A DNA stretch of 64,000 nucleotides from Eledone cirrhosa (Eukaryota), in the NCBI GenBank assembly GCA_964016885.1, contig OZ024746.1:92752001-92816000 (forward strand). The letters run 5' to 3'. Below the pieces are notes generated by a model, which had not been told where the DNA came from, ran no database searches, and worked only from the letters and a program-made list of their open reading frames with translations. Positions within the stretch are counted from its first letter, which is position 1, and each line of letters opens with the position of its first letter. A program made the translations under genes and the position numbers. Shown piece by piece: positions 27,750-42,669 of this stretch.

Positions 27750-28400
27750 ACAACTATGTGGTCTTTTACAGATAAAAATACAGCTAGCCCTACTTCAAAG
27801 AGGTTGAGAAGGAAATGATAAAGTTACAATAAAGTTAGCGTGGTTAACTAGAGAAATAAGCGAATAGATTGTAGGATTAAATCTCCTGTTAGTCAGGATT
27901 ATAGTAAGAAAAAGTTTCAAATTGTTTGTCTGCAATTAAAAATTCGTTCTTGTTGAGTATTTACTAATTTTTTGCCAGTTATTATATGGCAAACTTCAAG
28001 TGTACAAATATGACATACATCTGTATCCTGTTAGTACTTACAGGCAAATCTCAGGATAGACTACAAAGTTTCGTACTTTTGGGGGGTTCTATTAACTCCC
28101 AAATTTTATCAGCTAAAGCAATTGAGTTTCTAAGTTTAGGGTTCTTAAATGAGTGTGTGTGTGTACACCATCTTTTCCAGGAAAAGTTGGATGTAGCTCC
28201 TATATACCTGAATATTTGGTTATTCACTTTAATCTTGCACTCGTATACTATATTCTCACACATATACTTATTCTGCAGGGGGCATTTGTCTGGTTTCCTT
28301 CTGTTGCAATTCAAATGTTTCCTGTGGATTAGTTCCTTATTATTACAATAGTTCTGTGAGTGGAATTCTATATTATTTTTTGCACTTAAATCTCTTTCCC
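27750..28400 (-). mobile_element. Penelope-like retroelement relic (GIY-YIG domain)
   Basis: ORF 28051-28314: CNRRKPDKCPLQNKYMCENIVYECKI...YIGATSNFSWKRWCTHTHSF...LADKIWEL, typical PLE Cys-linker and GIY-YIG pattern. Confidence 0.85.
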
Positions 28401-29683
28401 CTGATTTTCACCCTCTTAAATTCCTCATTGTTCTTCCTTGTAATTTCTTCCTCTACTTGTATAAAATTTCTTCCTCTTTTTGTATAAAATACTATCTTCC
28501 ATTTATCTCACACACTCTATTGTTTCTTCTTCTCTTTCCTTTTTTTTTTCTTTATCACATTTTTTCTTCTTTTCCTTTTCCTTTAATTTTTGCTTGCCTT
28601 CTATATATCTCTATATGTGAAAAAGTTCTTATTCCACTCTGAAAATTTGTTGTCTACATATGATTTTTTACGTAGTTGGATTCAATTTAATTTGATTGAA
28701 AGAGTCAAATATTAGCGATCCTAGACTGATATGTAACACATACGAAGAAACACGTGTCAGTGTTATGCAATAAAAGTTATTCCCACTCTTCTGGAATGTG
28801 ATGCTTTAAATAATAATTTTGTAAATTTCTATATATACTCCGTAAATTGTTACACTTGGAACCTATAGTGGAACTACCACAGGATTTACCAAACAAAATA
28901 ATTCGACCTGTAAGCGACTTCAGATTCTTGTTACATAATCAAATTAATTGATTACACTATTTAATCTAATCTAATCTGGCCGAGTTTACACTCACAAATT
29001 AGAAGAACTAGGGCCACCCCTAGGAGCATTGGATTTGGTGTACTTCATATTTGTTTCGGTTGAATACAATCAGGGGTTGCTGCTTCTCCTGAAGGTCAAT
29101 AGTTCTCTTCTAACTTGAGCGGGAGCGCATTTCCATTGTCCATTTGCATTGATCATCTGCAAAGCCACATTGTTCTCAGAACCACTACACCAGTCTTTCG
29201 ATGTGTGCAGCTGGAACTACTGCCATCCATTGATTTAGCAGGATTTTTATTTTTTTAGATGGCTATTGACTCTTATGAGTTCTTCCGCCCTTTGTCAAGT
29301 TTTGTTTTTTGTCCTGCAGGTGTCCAAAATCACCCTCCTCACCAAGTAAACTTGGTGGGGTTGCCGGTTTAGTCACCGACGACCCAGCCATGTGGCCATG
29401 CAATGGAAACTGAATAATACTATAATTCTCTGAATATATATAATATATAGTATATATATGTATATATGGCAGAGTAGATTTCTTAAACCCTTTAATAACT
29501 TTATAAGTGTTTCAATACATCTTATTCAACTAATGCTTATGTTATTTCAATTTAATAAAAAATAAAAAATATTGAGTATAACAAAGCATTATTAAACATT
29601 CTACATCTTCAGAAGCTCTATGAATGATTATACAATGACCAAGGATTCAGTAAGTCCAAAAGAAATGTACCTTCAGAGATATA

Positions 29684-30820
29684 TCATCATCATCACAATT
29701 TTACGTCCGTTCTTCTACGCTAGCATGGGTTAGACGGGTTGTCCTGTTGTGGGCAGTGTCCGGTCAGCTGACCTTGTCTTGCTCATACGGGAACTGATTC
29801 TGGCTTGATTTATACAGTTGGATGCCCTTCCTAACACCAACCTCATTTACAGTGAGTGCTGGGTGCTTTTTTCCCATGGCGCCTACACGTCCACTTTACA
29901 GTGGGCTGGGTGCTTCTTTGCCGTGGCACCTCCACGACCACTTTGCAGTGGGGGGGCATATTGTCTATATGCTTCAGCTTTGGCTTGTACTCGTGGGGGG
30001 TCGGGTCTTCTGTATTACTGCGTGATGCCAGAGGTCACGGTCGTGTGTCATCGCCTTTGAGAGGTGTAATTGGGCAAGGTCGGCTTTTATCACCTCATCC
30101 CAGGTCTTCTTGGGTCTCCCCACTCTGCGGTTTCCATCGATTTCTACTGTTATTGCCTGCAGGACTGTGATGAACAGGAGAGGGCTAAGAACAGAGCCCT
30201 GGTGGACACCGACCTGTACGCTAAATTCCTCGCTATACTCACCCGGTCCCTAATCAACTGTGCTATAACTCTTTCTGTTACTTTCATGACCTGGTCCATC
30301 AGCTTTATACCTCTATAGTTTCCTCTATCTATAGTGCATCACCTTTACCTTTGTAGCAGTTGACAATGATGCTACTGCACCAATCCTTTGGTATGACACC
30401 TTCTAGTATTACCTGGTTAACAATACGTGTAGTTATGGTGTGACCTACCGACCCAGATGCCTTCAGCATCTCGGCAGCTATACCTGATGGACCGGTTGCC
30501 TTCCCCGTCATCATATCTTTGATTGCCTTACTACACTGCTGCTGACTTATACTGCTGACCCATCTATAGGGTCTACTTGGAGTAGAGTCTCTTCTTCCCA
30601 TGCATTCTCCTCATTTAGTAATCTATCATAATGGCTCTTCCACGCATCTTTCTTCTCAGCACTTGTGAGGGCAAGCTCACCTTTATCATTCCGGATACAC
30701 TTCTCTCCAATGACATCACAATTCTCTCTGACACACTGCCTCGCAATCTTGAACACCTCCTGTTTCTGGTCCTCACGTTGCAAAACATGCTTGAATTTTC
30801 TATCCTCTGCTTCCCTCCTA
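29684..30820 (-). mobile_element. RTE-family copy with large internal deletions
   Basis: QREDQKQEVFKIARQCV, DWCSSIIVNCYKGKGDAL, then jumps to GVHQGSVLS and then to the GRPRKTWD end and 3' UTR. Confidence 0.9.
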
Positions 30821-32103
30821 GCTATATATTTATATATATTCTAAAAAATGTACATACGTCTTGACTTCTGGTAATGCATGCATCACATTAACCGAAATGA
30901 ACTGAAATCAGTTAAAAATTTGGATAAACATGCATAGAAGCAAACTTCCTTTACAAATGCATGCCTGTGTGTCTGTTTAGCTATCTATCTAACACTGTGC
31001 ACTCCTGTCTGTCTATATACCTAGCTAATCCATTAATATGACTATCTGTGTCTACCTACTCTTCCTTAATTATTTATTATGCAATAAAGAGAAACATTTG
31101 CAGCTATTAATGAAAGCAAATGTCATCATAAAAAAAAGAACCAAAAAAAATGCACAAAAAATATATTGAACCCACACACACAAACATTCTCACTTGTGTG
31201 AGCACATACACAAACACAGCAAACAATATACATCCTACGCATATTTTTTCAAAATCAGCTGATTTATTGTTGATTTTTGTTTCATCATCATCATCCTTTT
31301 ATGTCTGTTTTTCCATATTTGCATGGGTTGGATAGGGTTTTTTTAAACAAAGCGGAAAAACAAAAACTATGAAGCATCCTTCTTAACCACACAACCATGT
31401 TTGCCACTATATTAACCTTTTAGCATTTGGATTACTGTATATTTACAATTGTATTTTCACAGTAAAGACTTTACCTCACATAAAATCTATAAGATTTTGA
31501 TATTATTTATTTTGAGAAAAATACCGTAACGTTGATATGAGTGGCCGGTTAGAACAGAAAGAGATGAGAGAATTCTGGTCGGATACAGCCAGTTTAAGCA
31601 ATATTTTGTGGAAGACCAGCAATCACTTCCCTCTCCAGGCCTCCAGTGTCATCACAACCTGTTCTTTCCAGCTGAATGGAATGAAGCAATGTGAAATGAA
31701 GTGCCTTGCTCAAGAATATAATGTTCTATCTCGTCTGTTAATCGAACCCCTGACCATATAATTGTGAGATCACTACCCTAACTACTAAATAACTTTTTGG
31801 AAAAACTGCCACAATGCAGCTAACTATAGATAATATAAAGTACCTGGAGATGTTTCTGTCCATCCTCCAACAGTAATTTACCTAACTTAGTCAACTATCA
31901 TTCATAGTTATCTACATTGTAGTATCCTAAAAAGTTTACATATTTTCAAATTTCCCATGCTTCATAAGTTAACCAAATAGTGTGTGTGTATCAATTACTC
32001 CTTCAGCTGTTAAATATATATTATTACAGTTCACACCTATATAGATTTAGCTGGCCTTCACTAGTTAAATATATATATCTACAACTGAGTGTGTGTGTGT
32101 GTG

Positions 32104-32135
<32 letters not shown>

Positions 32136-34339
32136 AATACTATCATAACTTAGGTAGCTAAGTAGTTTGTTCTATCTATCTATCTATTTAGAATAGGCAT
32201 ACCATAACCAAGCGTTATATGAGGTGCTTGAGAAGGTTATGGTCAGGAAGGGCATCTGGCTGTAAAATGTTGTTTCAAAAAGGACCTCATGATGAGTTAA
32301 AAACTTATCATGGGGCCTGCTGAGTGAAGACCTACTATTTAGCTGTGTTGTGTAGTGTTGTTGTATCTATATTTAGAGATATTGGACATAGATATAACTT
32401 TGTTAAAACCAGCAACGCTACTTATAAATATCTGACTAAAAGCCTAACAAAATTATATGAACTGGATAAGAAATAATAGTTGTTTCTTACAATGAGTTGT
32501 TTGGTTCATGTGTTGAGGAAGGATGGGAGTGACTGGGTAAGAAGAGTGATGGAGATGAATGTGGAAGGAAATAGAGGAAGAAAAAACCCAAGAAAGACAT
32601 GACAAACAATGATGGAGGAGAAAATGAAAGCCAGAAAGTTAGGAGGGGAGATGCAAACAATAGGTCAAAATGAAAAAGAATATGATGGAACCCTGCAAGT
32701 TTAACCCTGCTATAGCAGGAAAAATAACCTTAAAATGCTTGTTGTTCTAAAGGCTGAACAAAAATGTTGGAGTGGGTGAGGTTAGTAAATTAAAACAACC
32801 TTAGTACTTGACTGGTATTTTATTTTATTGACCCTGATGGGAATAAAAGCAAAGGTTGAACTAGGTAGAATTCAAATTTAGTGCACAAAGAAGCAGAACA
32901 AAAACTGCAAAGCATTTTGTTCTCTCCCCTAATGATTCTGCCAATGTACCCCCAAGAAATAATAACTAGATGAGGAAAAAAACAAATGAAGCAAAGGAGC
33001 TGGTCATAAGATTGGACCAAGGAAGCTACGTTTCCATTGGTCTTTCTATTGCTGATGCTATCTGTAAGTTGCAACTCTTGACAGAAGTGTCACTACTTTT
33101 CTATAGACAGGGTGCAGGATTTGAACTCAGAACCCACAGAGCCACAAGAGATCCTACAAAGCATCTGCCCAATTCTTTAACGAGTATGCCTATACACACC
33201 TCATCCCACTCTGAAACGGTGCTATTTACTTACCCCAAAAGGATGAAAACAAAGTAAACTTCCGCAGGATTCAGCCTTTCTTATGTCTCTTATATAAAAT
33301 TATGTCGGAAGATTTTAATTTAAATCTGAACACTTTAAAATGGGTAGTTTTATTTCATAGAACCAAAGCCAACTGGTATCAGAAGAGGGCAGTACAAATA
33401 TCAAAGTCTTTAACCCTTTAGCATTTACACTATTCTATATATACTATTGTATTTTTGTGGTAAAGGCTTTATCTTACATAATTATCTCAATATCAAATCT
33501 ACGAGATTTTGATATTATTTATTTTGAGAACTATACCTTAATGTATAGAACTATACCTTAGTTACAGCCAGTTTGAACAGAAAGAGGTGAGAGAATTCTG
33601 GCCAGATACAGCCAGTTTAAATCCTAAAAGGTTAATCCATCACTAACAATTCTACCAATTCATTGCTGGCAAGATTAGAAGAAATAACCGAGAATATAAT
33701 CATATTTGAAATATCAACTGAATATTTTAAAGAATTAACATTGAATTCACTATTGCATCAATGTATTGGTGCAAACAGGATTGCTGGTAAATGAAGTGAG
33801 AAAAAAAACTAAAATAAAACAGAAGAGTAGCATCAGACAAGCAATTTATATGCTTGAAATCAGACCTGGTTCTACAATACATAGCTGTTTGTTTTAAAAG
33901 TGTTTATATTTATCTAAAAGGCAGCGAATTGGCAGAGTTGCTAAGACGTCAGATAGAATGCTTTACGGTATTCGTCCCATCTCTTTGCGCGCTCTGAGTT
34001 CAAATCCTGCTGGGGTCAACTTTGCCTTTCATCCATTCGAGGTCGATAAAAAAAGTACCTGTCCAGTACTGGGGTTGATTCTTCCTCTTTAGAAAAAAAT
34101 CAGCTTTCTTCAGACCTGGAGAGGGTTGGGCACCACTGGGTTTAAAAGTGACCTAGACACACCATGTGACAGTGCCTCTACGACTCCACAAGGAGTTATG
34201 GGATCTTTATCCTTTATATTTATATTTTAAAAAATAACCTTCCATCTTAATTTTATGTAAGAACCTTTGTTAAGTTATGTTCCAAACACCAGCTTAATAA
34301 TGAGAAAGTTTGTTATATTGCAATATTTCCCCAAATTCT

Positions 34340-34622
34340 TAGAGTTGTTGAAGCATGGAACAAACTACCTGCATCAGTTGTTAGCTGTCGGGACACTGCA
34401 TCCTTCAAAACTTCCATGCTTCCCATAATTCACCAACACTACACCTGATATGCCCCCTCCATACACACACACGCATGTGTGTGTGTATGTGTCCCTGTGT
34501 GTATATCATGACTCATCCACTGTTCACTTTCCTGACATTTGTACATTATTCTTTTTACTATACTTGCACCTTTGATGAGATGTAGTGCACCTGAGCAATG
34601 TACACATTAATTTTCATTATCA
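34340..34622 (+). mobile_element. CR1-type LINE 3' end
   Basis: RVVEAWNKLPASVVSCRDTASFKTSML is the typical CR1 ORF2 C-terminus; followed by a 3' UTR with (CA)n/(TG)n. Confidence 0.7.
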
Positions 34623-36401
34623 TATCAAAATGATTTGAAAACCAGAGGCAGTATCTTTCATTAGAAATATGGTAACAAAAGGGTTAATTATCAACAAAAT
34701 TTTGATCCAGGTAGAAGGAAAAAACAAATGAACAAAACTGACTCCTGAATTACTCCCTAAGTCTCACAGAAAAAAAACTATAAGCTTTAACCTTTCTGAA
34801 ACCATGTTTCTAATGAAATACACAGCCTATGTGTTTCAAATAACTTTGAAAATAATGAAGAATTTGGAAGGATTTAGAAATATATTTTACTTTCTCATTA
34901 TTAAACTGATGTTTGGAACATTACTTAAAAAGTTTGTACATAAAACCATGGTGGAAGGTTTGAATATAAGTATGAACACTTTAAAACAAACTGTTCTGTA
35001 TCATAAAAATAGGAGCAGCTTCAGATGGTATGGTATCAAAAGGGTTAAACAAACACAAATGGATACAGTAAATGAAACAAACCAACAAAAAAATGAAAAC
35101 TACAGAAACATGCAAGGATACATCATTATATTTTGGCAGGTGATGAAGCTGAAGAAGACATTTATTAATTAGAGAAGTGTTATTAATGACAGGTAATACT
35201 CAAATATAAACAAATCTCCTATTTTATGTCTGAGAAATGAACAAAAATCCTTGAATATAAGTCGACCCCCCTATTATACCATCGATTATTTTTTTTTTTT
35301 TACACTTCTTGGCTAATATATGAGGACATACCAGCATTAAATAGCAAAAAAAAAAAACTTTGGTGCTAAAAGAGTTTTAAAAAGTCAATTTTTTAAAGTT
35401 TGTTCCTGTTGAAATTTAAAAACCATAAAATTGAGCAGTAAGTAATAATTGTTTCTGCATTTGGAACAAAGCCAGCAATTTGAAAGGAAGGAGAGAAAGC
35501 CGATGAAGTCAAACCCCAATGCATTACTGGTACTTTATTTTAAAAAGCCTGTAAGGATGAAAGGCACAGTTAACCTCGGCAGAATTTGAACTCAGAACAT
35601 AAAGGGCTGTAATTATAAGCCACAAAACATTGTCTGATGCTCTACCAATACTACCAATAATGACTTCTACTATTTTTTTATTTCTACTATTTAGTAAGTA
35701 ATAATAATAAAAAGTAGAAAAAGCATATAGGAATTATTGATATCTTATCATTAGGAGATAATCAATCACTTAAAATGATCAGATCAATTAAACCCACTAA
35801 TTATGAAGGTTATAAATTATCAAATCAAGAAAAACATAGTGCTGGTGTCATGAAAAATACATCCAGTACACTATGTAAAGTGATAGTGCGAGTATCATGA
35901 TAAAATGAACCCAGTACACTCTGTAAACCCACCCATTGTAAAGGTTTCCAATTTAAATTAAAATCTGCCAACATAATATTATATAAGAACCTTACATTAA
36001 GTTACTATCTTAGTAATGAAATAATTAATAATTCAAGTAAATCCCTCAAAACTTTTCATTAATTAATTAAAATAGTGTATATTTCATTAGAAATACAGTC
36101 ATGAAGGGGTTAAGACAATGCGATGGGAGTAAGCTTTATCTATAAGTGAACCTGATGAAAGTAAAGAACATGCTTCTATCTTTTGAGATCTCTTCAGCGA
36201 AGCATTATTGACTTTGCAAATTAACGAGACTAAGAATTCTCAGATTTAGATATTGAAAAGGGGAAATAAATAAGGGGAGTGCTCTGCCTGAAGCATATAT
36301 ATACAAATAGAGTATGACTGTCATAATATAAAGAGTGGGGGGAGGGGAATGCCAATCAACTGAGACTATCCTTGAAATTTCAGGGCCAAATCTCCCTAAG
36401 T

Positions 36402-36634
36402 CAGTGGTTCCCAACCTTTTCTCTTCCAACAACCCTGCTTTATTTAAAGGAATTTTCCCACGGAATCTGCCCCAACAAACAATTAATTCCCTCCCAGATT
36501 TTTAAATGGCAAGAAAAAGAGAGAAATGCTTATATTTAGAGAATAATAGATATCCAATATGTATATATTATGTACATTAAAAAAGTACTTGAAATTTTCA
36601 ACAAAGCTCATGGACCTCAAATTTAGAATTACTA
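36402..36634. mobile_element. hAT-type MITE
   Basis: Starts cagtggttcccaac, ends ttagaattacta (degenerate TIR); 8-bp TSD ccctaagt at 36394-36401 and 36635-36642. Confidence 0.7.
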
Positions 36635-36644
36635 CCCTAAGTAT

Positions 36645-37255
36645 GTACGTATGAAGATTATGAATGTGGGTGGGAAGCCACTAGAGCTGATTGAAGACTT
36701 CCTGTGTCTCGGAGCAAAAATTGGGAACAGAGAGGATGATGTGGTGGAGAGGAAGAGCAAAGCCTGGGCAGCATGTCACAGTTTGAGGTCGGTATGGAAG
36801 TCAGACCTTCGTAAAGACCTGATGATCTGTTTCTTCACTACAGTAGAATCTGTGCTGCTGTATGGGTCTGAGACTTGGACACTGACCAAGAGACTCACTC
36901 AGATGGTGGATGGGTGCTACACAAGAATGCTGAGGATGGCTCTGAACATTAATCAGTATACACTGAGGATGAAGAACTCAGAGCTGTACGGGACCCTCCC
37001 AAAAGTCAGCTTGAAAGTGACACAGAGACTGAGGTTAGCTGAACATGCTCACCAACATTCAGAGTTGACACTGCACTCAGTAGTCCTGTGGGAGCCCCTA
37101 TACAGACACACTGGAAGAGGGTGACCGAGGATGTCATATGTTGATGTCCTAAGGACAGACACTGGCCTCTGGGAGATGCAGGATATAGCGGCAATGATGA
37201 AGGACAGAGACTGCTGGAGAGAACACATCCAAGGATCTTGGGAATTTTACCCACC
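36645..37255 (+). mobile_element. RTE-clade LINE 3' fragment (distinct family)
   Basis: ORF 36651-37124: IEDFLCLG, ESVLLYGSETWTL, DGCYTRMLRMAL. Confidence 0.85.
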
Positions 37256-37446
37256 TAGATATATATATACACACACACCATCACCATCGTCCCTGTTTAA
37301 CATCCATTTTCCAAGCTTGCATGGTTTAGACAGGTCATTAACGTCAAGAGGAAACTCTGGCCAGAATTTGCCATGCCGTACCCTGCTCTGACAGGACTGT
37401 AAATTTGACCAGGGTTTTTACAGTTGGAAGCACTTTCTAACACCAA

Positions 37447-37500
<54 letters not shown>

Positions 37501-38727
37501 TGGGAAAACAAACAAGATAACAAAAAATTTACCTATTTACTTAGAATGTCCCTTACTTCAGTTTCGTTGAGTAAACCTGTTTTGAGCACTGTAAAACCTT
37601 AACTTGTCAGGTAACATTTTCAAACAAGAAAGAATTTTTCTGAGTTATCTGCAACCAGCGATAATTTTGAATGGGAGAAATCATCACATGGTCTAAGGTC
37701 AACAGAGGGGCAGCGGTAGGTGGACAATGGCAAGTAAAGGTGCTGCTAGAAGAAGCAGTCTGATTCAGCCAAATTTTTTTACTCAACCATAAGGAAGTAA
37801 TTAATAAATTTACAGAACATTATATATATATACAAGTGAAGGAGTCCAACCAATACCAGTTTCGGAATCAATCAGAATATATATATCATCATCATCGTTT
37901 AACATCCATCTTCCACGCTAGCATGGGTTATATATATATAAGCTATGTGAAATCTAGGAAATATGTATACAGAACATATCTCAAAGGTGGTGGTTCCTTT
38001 TATATCTTGACATTTACTACAAAACAAATCTTGAAAACATTCTTTAAACAAACATCTTATAAAGAAAAACAAAAACAAAGAATACATTGAAAACTAATAT
38101 TAAAATAAATGGCTATAATGCAATCACCCAGTTTAGTGGAAGACAGTGACAATCCTCTTCCCTAGCATTATTTGATACTATATATATATATATATATATA
38201 TATAAAGTGTGCGTGTATATATATATACATATATATATAAACATACACACACACTGGTAAGGTAGAGTATGGATAATTCATTGATTGATTCTTGATCTCT
38301 TTGTTTACTTATGCAAATAAAAACTTCAAAAGAATGAATAGAATTATTCATTAAACCTTAGATATAGAATCTTGTAAGATGTAAAAGTACTATATATGTA
38401 ACATTGTGCCCTGCTCCTACAGTTTCTGCTGAATTGTTGATGTTAAAACGTCTATTGTAGTGCGGAAATGATCGGAAATATCAATATTTCTTAACAAACC
38501 CATAGACAGTGATATAACTCAATAATGAAACATATATAAAAATGCATAATTAAATTACATTTTTTCTAATCACGCCTTTTATGTTTTTTTCCAAACACAT
38601 TCATTATATATATGTACATATAATTGGAATTTATCAGTTATATGTACATGTTCTTTCAGCCAGTCTAAGTATGATATTTTTGAAGAAAGAAGGAGGAGGA
38701 GAAGAAAGAGGTTAGAGCAGTTAGTAC

Positions 38728-39816
38728 CTGAAGCATACTGATAACCTTGAGCTGTGTTGGAAGCCAAATTACTGTAGTCTGAATTTTGGTCTGTGTACAT
38801 ATAATCACTGGGGTAGTCTCCCCAATTGTAAGCCTGTGCTGTATTCTGAACATAGTTGATTCCATCTTGATTAATAACAGAATTTTGAGGTTGAAGGACA
38901 GGATAACCATTGTTATAAGCAGCAGCTACTTTTTGTTGGTAGCCATAGTTATTTCCAGAATAACCATAAGTGTTTTGTTTTTGACCATACTGCTGATTGT
39001 TATCTGTAATATATTGACTGTCCATGTAATTTTGGTTATTAGTTTGATAAAGCTGTCTGGATCTTTGTGGCAACTGAACTTGGTTATTTGAGCTGGGTAG
39101 TAACTCCTGTTGCGTATCACTATTGATTCTGTTATAAGATTTGGGTTGGTTTATACCATACTTTTGATTTTCTTCAGCAATCAAATTAGATGCCTGTTTG
39201 TGCCCTGCTCCTACAAAACCTTGATTATCAACTTGGTTCATACCCAACTGTTGGTGTTGGTTTTGGTAATTTGATATGTAACCTCTGTTGCCAACAAGCT
39301 GAGGATTCATTTCTTGGTGTTTTTGATATTGTGGCACTTGATTTTGATTCCATATTCTATTTGAAGTTGCAGCCTTTGCTCTGTGTCTGTTAGTCTCTCG
39401 CGATGAAGGTTGAATTATATTTCCACTGAGAGAAAGTTTCTTGGAATTTCCATCACTTCCAGGAATTAAGTCCTTTGAACCCTCGTTTTTAACCCAACCT
39501 TGATTGATGTTAGTATTGTGCTGAGAAAATTGTTGTCCCTGGCCCCTTTCAACAACAGGTGCATCTGAAGTTGCAGATTCTTTTGAATTGAGTAATGCTT
39601 GCTTTGGTTTGTCCTTTTTTATCATGGTTTCAGTATTGTACTTTGCTATTGGTAGCTGCCCTTCTTGTTTTAACTGTTTATTACTGCTTTCATCATGGTG
39701 AGATACACTAGGATCAACTGGTTTCAGTTTAATTTTTCTGAACTTATCAGTGGGTATTTTCTTGGGATTAACATCCACCTGGTAAGGAATTTCATTTTGA
39801 CTTCCATCTTTGAATG
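38728..39816 (-). CDS. LRP11: LRP11-like gene, large low-complexity (Q/N/S/G/Y-rich) extracellular exon
   Basis: Within the 416-aa ORF 38579-39829; acceptor atttgttcag, donor gtacta; 1089 nt (363 codons), phase 1-1, frame-compatible with the flanking exons. Confidence 0.85.
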
Positions 39817-42669
39817 CTGAACAAATCATCGAAAAATTTCAGGTTAATGCCAGGGTAAAGAAACAAGACATTTGTTAAACTATAAGTGCCATATTTTGCT
39901 TCAAAGCAGCAAAACAATTTCAAATAATACTGAGAAACTATTTATAATTGATCAAACAGCATCCTTTTCTCTTCTTTTTTTTTTCTTCTTTTTTTTAATA
40001 TAAGTGCAAAGGAAAAAGAACATTCAGAAATATAGTTTAGAAAATTAATATTTAAAAAAAAAAAAAAAAAAAAAACTGAAAATAATTTAGTGTTTCACAC
40101 AAGAAAATTATTAGATAAACATTCTTGAAAAAATGATGTTAAAGTGATATCAACTATCTGTACTTCAACAGCAGTAAACTTTTTTTTATTTTCAACAAAA
40201 ACAAATATGTGTTTATTATTTATTGACTTCTGTAAAATAACCACCAGAAATTGCAAAAAGAAAAAAAAGGGCAATGGGTGTGCTTTAACTCTTAACATTC
40301 TGTGCTGCATGAAACCAAATTAACAGGACATTCTTGCAAAGTGCTTCTTCACTTTAGCTTACTGCAAATTTTCACCACAATTTGTTCACTAGTAAAGATA
40401 CAATAAACATTTGAATTAACAAATATGTTTTTAGATATTTTCTGCTAAATCATTACAGGATGTTAAGAGCTAAAGCATTGGTTCTCAGAGAGCCAAGTGA
40501 AGTGCCTCTCTTTGCAATTCCACCCCAATTTTGAATTATCATCTAGTAATTTTTTCCTGTTATATTTTCACTGTTAATTATTAAAACAATTTATTAAAGC
40601 AAATTACATTATTTAGTTTTTTTTCTGCACTGTTAATTTGTCATCTCCCTTATACCTGGGTTTATTGGTGTTTATATACACAATTCTTTCCTAGTTTAAA
40701 CTCCTTCCCAATTCCTTCGATAAAATTCCTCCTATGGGAGTCAAATGACTCATTTGAGAATCACTGTTTTAAAAATTTCTTTAAAATGATCAAAGATTTC
40801 AATTTTATACTCAGTATAAAAAAAAAATCATTTTTTAGGTTTATAGTTCAAGTTTATAGTGTGTGTGTGGGGGGTTAACCCTGCGATGGACAGGTGTCCT
40901 GTCCAGGGAGAGTCTCGTAATCTGTCGCTTCACGCCACGGAAACCAGGATAAGTACTGGCCTTATGAGCCTTTGGGCTTGAGACAGAAGACTAACTTTTT
41001 TAAACGATATTACATGAGTGAAAGCACATGACTTAGTGATTATGCTCAGCTCAAGTTTGATTTGTGTTATGTCTCTAAGTAAGACACTTTATTTCATGTT
41101 GCTCCAGCCAACTCAGTTAGCAAAAATTAGTTAAATCTGTAATGCTGAATCTCCCTGAGAACTACATTGAGGGTACATCTATCTGTGTAATCCACAGCCA
41201 CATGCATGTAATTTCCACAAGCAAGCTGCACCATTGATCAAACAACTGGAACACTCATCATTGAAACTGACAGAGATCCAACACATATACTACCAAGTAA
41301 TATGATTACCATTAAAAGCCTAAGGCATTTAACACAGTTAGAGATTATAGTTAATAGCAGTACAATACAGCTATTTATTTCATTGATCTTAGTATAATAG
41401 AAGGCAAAATCAACACTGGCACAAGGGGGTGGTGATACAGTATTGAATATCATGTAGTTCTTAACTGTCAGTGCCAACGAGACAAACCCACCACTAAGTA
41501 CTAACAATATATGTAAGTAATGTTCTATTGTAGTTATTGTACCAATCCATGTTTAACAAGTCTGCTATGATGTCACATCTCAGAAGTTTCTTAGGTGTTT
41601 TAATGAAGGCTTTGTGGTTAGGGTATTCAGTTCACAATCGTATGTTTGTGAGTTCAATCGGATGGCCGTGAGTTCAATTCCCGGCGGCGCGCTGTGCCCT
41701 TGAACAAGACACTTTATTTCACGTTGTTCCAGTCCACTCAGCTGGCAAAAATGAGTTGTATCTGTAATTCGAAGGGCCAGACTTGTCACATTCTGTGTCA
41801 TGCTGAATCTTCCTGAGAACTATATTAAAAGTATGCGTGTTTGCAAGTTAATTTCACAAGCAGGCTGTTCTGTTGATCGTATCAACAGGAATATTCATCG
41901 TTGTGACTGATGAAGTACCACTACTACTATGTTTAATGATAGGGTTTCCAGTTATCATGTCACATTTTTCCAGTGACAAAGGTGAAATTTGACCTCAGAA
42001 GGCACAAAACTGGAACAGATCCTGCATGACATCACATATGATGCTCTAAAGATTCAACCAATTCACCATAATGGACTATTACTTTTATTTACCAACACTG
42101 ACAGGATGAAACTGGTTGATAAACATAGTACCAGTCCAGGATAATAGATTGTCATAGTTGTTCTGATTCTCAGAGTAAAGAGAGAACAAATATTACAAGG
42201 CACTTAATACAAAGCTCTGATAATTTTATCAATTCACCTGCATATTTTAAGACAACCACATAGTTGATATATTACATGTTATAAACAATTGTAGCTTTGG
42301 TCTGTAAATACAAGCATGGGTGAGCAGTTAAGAAGTTCGCTTTGTAATCAGAAGGTCTCGCGTTCGATCCCACTGTCTGGCATCTTGGGTAAGAGTCTTT
42401 ACCATAGCTTCAAGTTGATCTAAGCTTAGTGAGTGAAATTGGGTAGACATAAACTGTATGGAAGTCCATCGGATGGATTGTACCTGTAATTCAAAGGTCC
42501 TGCCTCATCACATATTGTGTCACTTTGATTTAGCTTAAGGGTACCTGTATTTGGAATACTCAACCACTTATAATACAAGATAGATTGTATCTGTAATTCA
42601 CTGGTGCAGCCATGTAACTTATTGTAGAATGCTGATTCAACTAGGGAATTACACTAAGGGTACTCTCAA

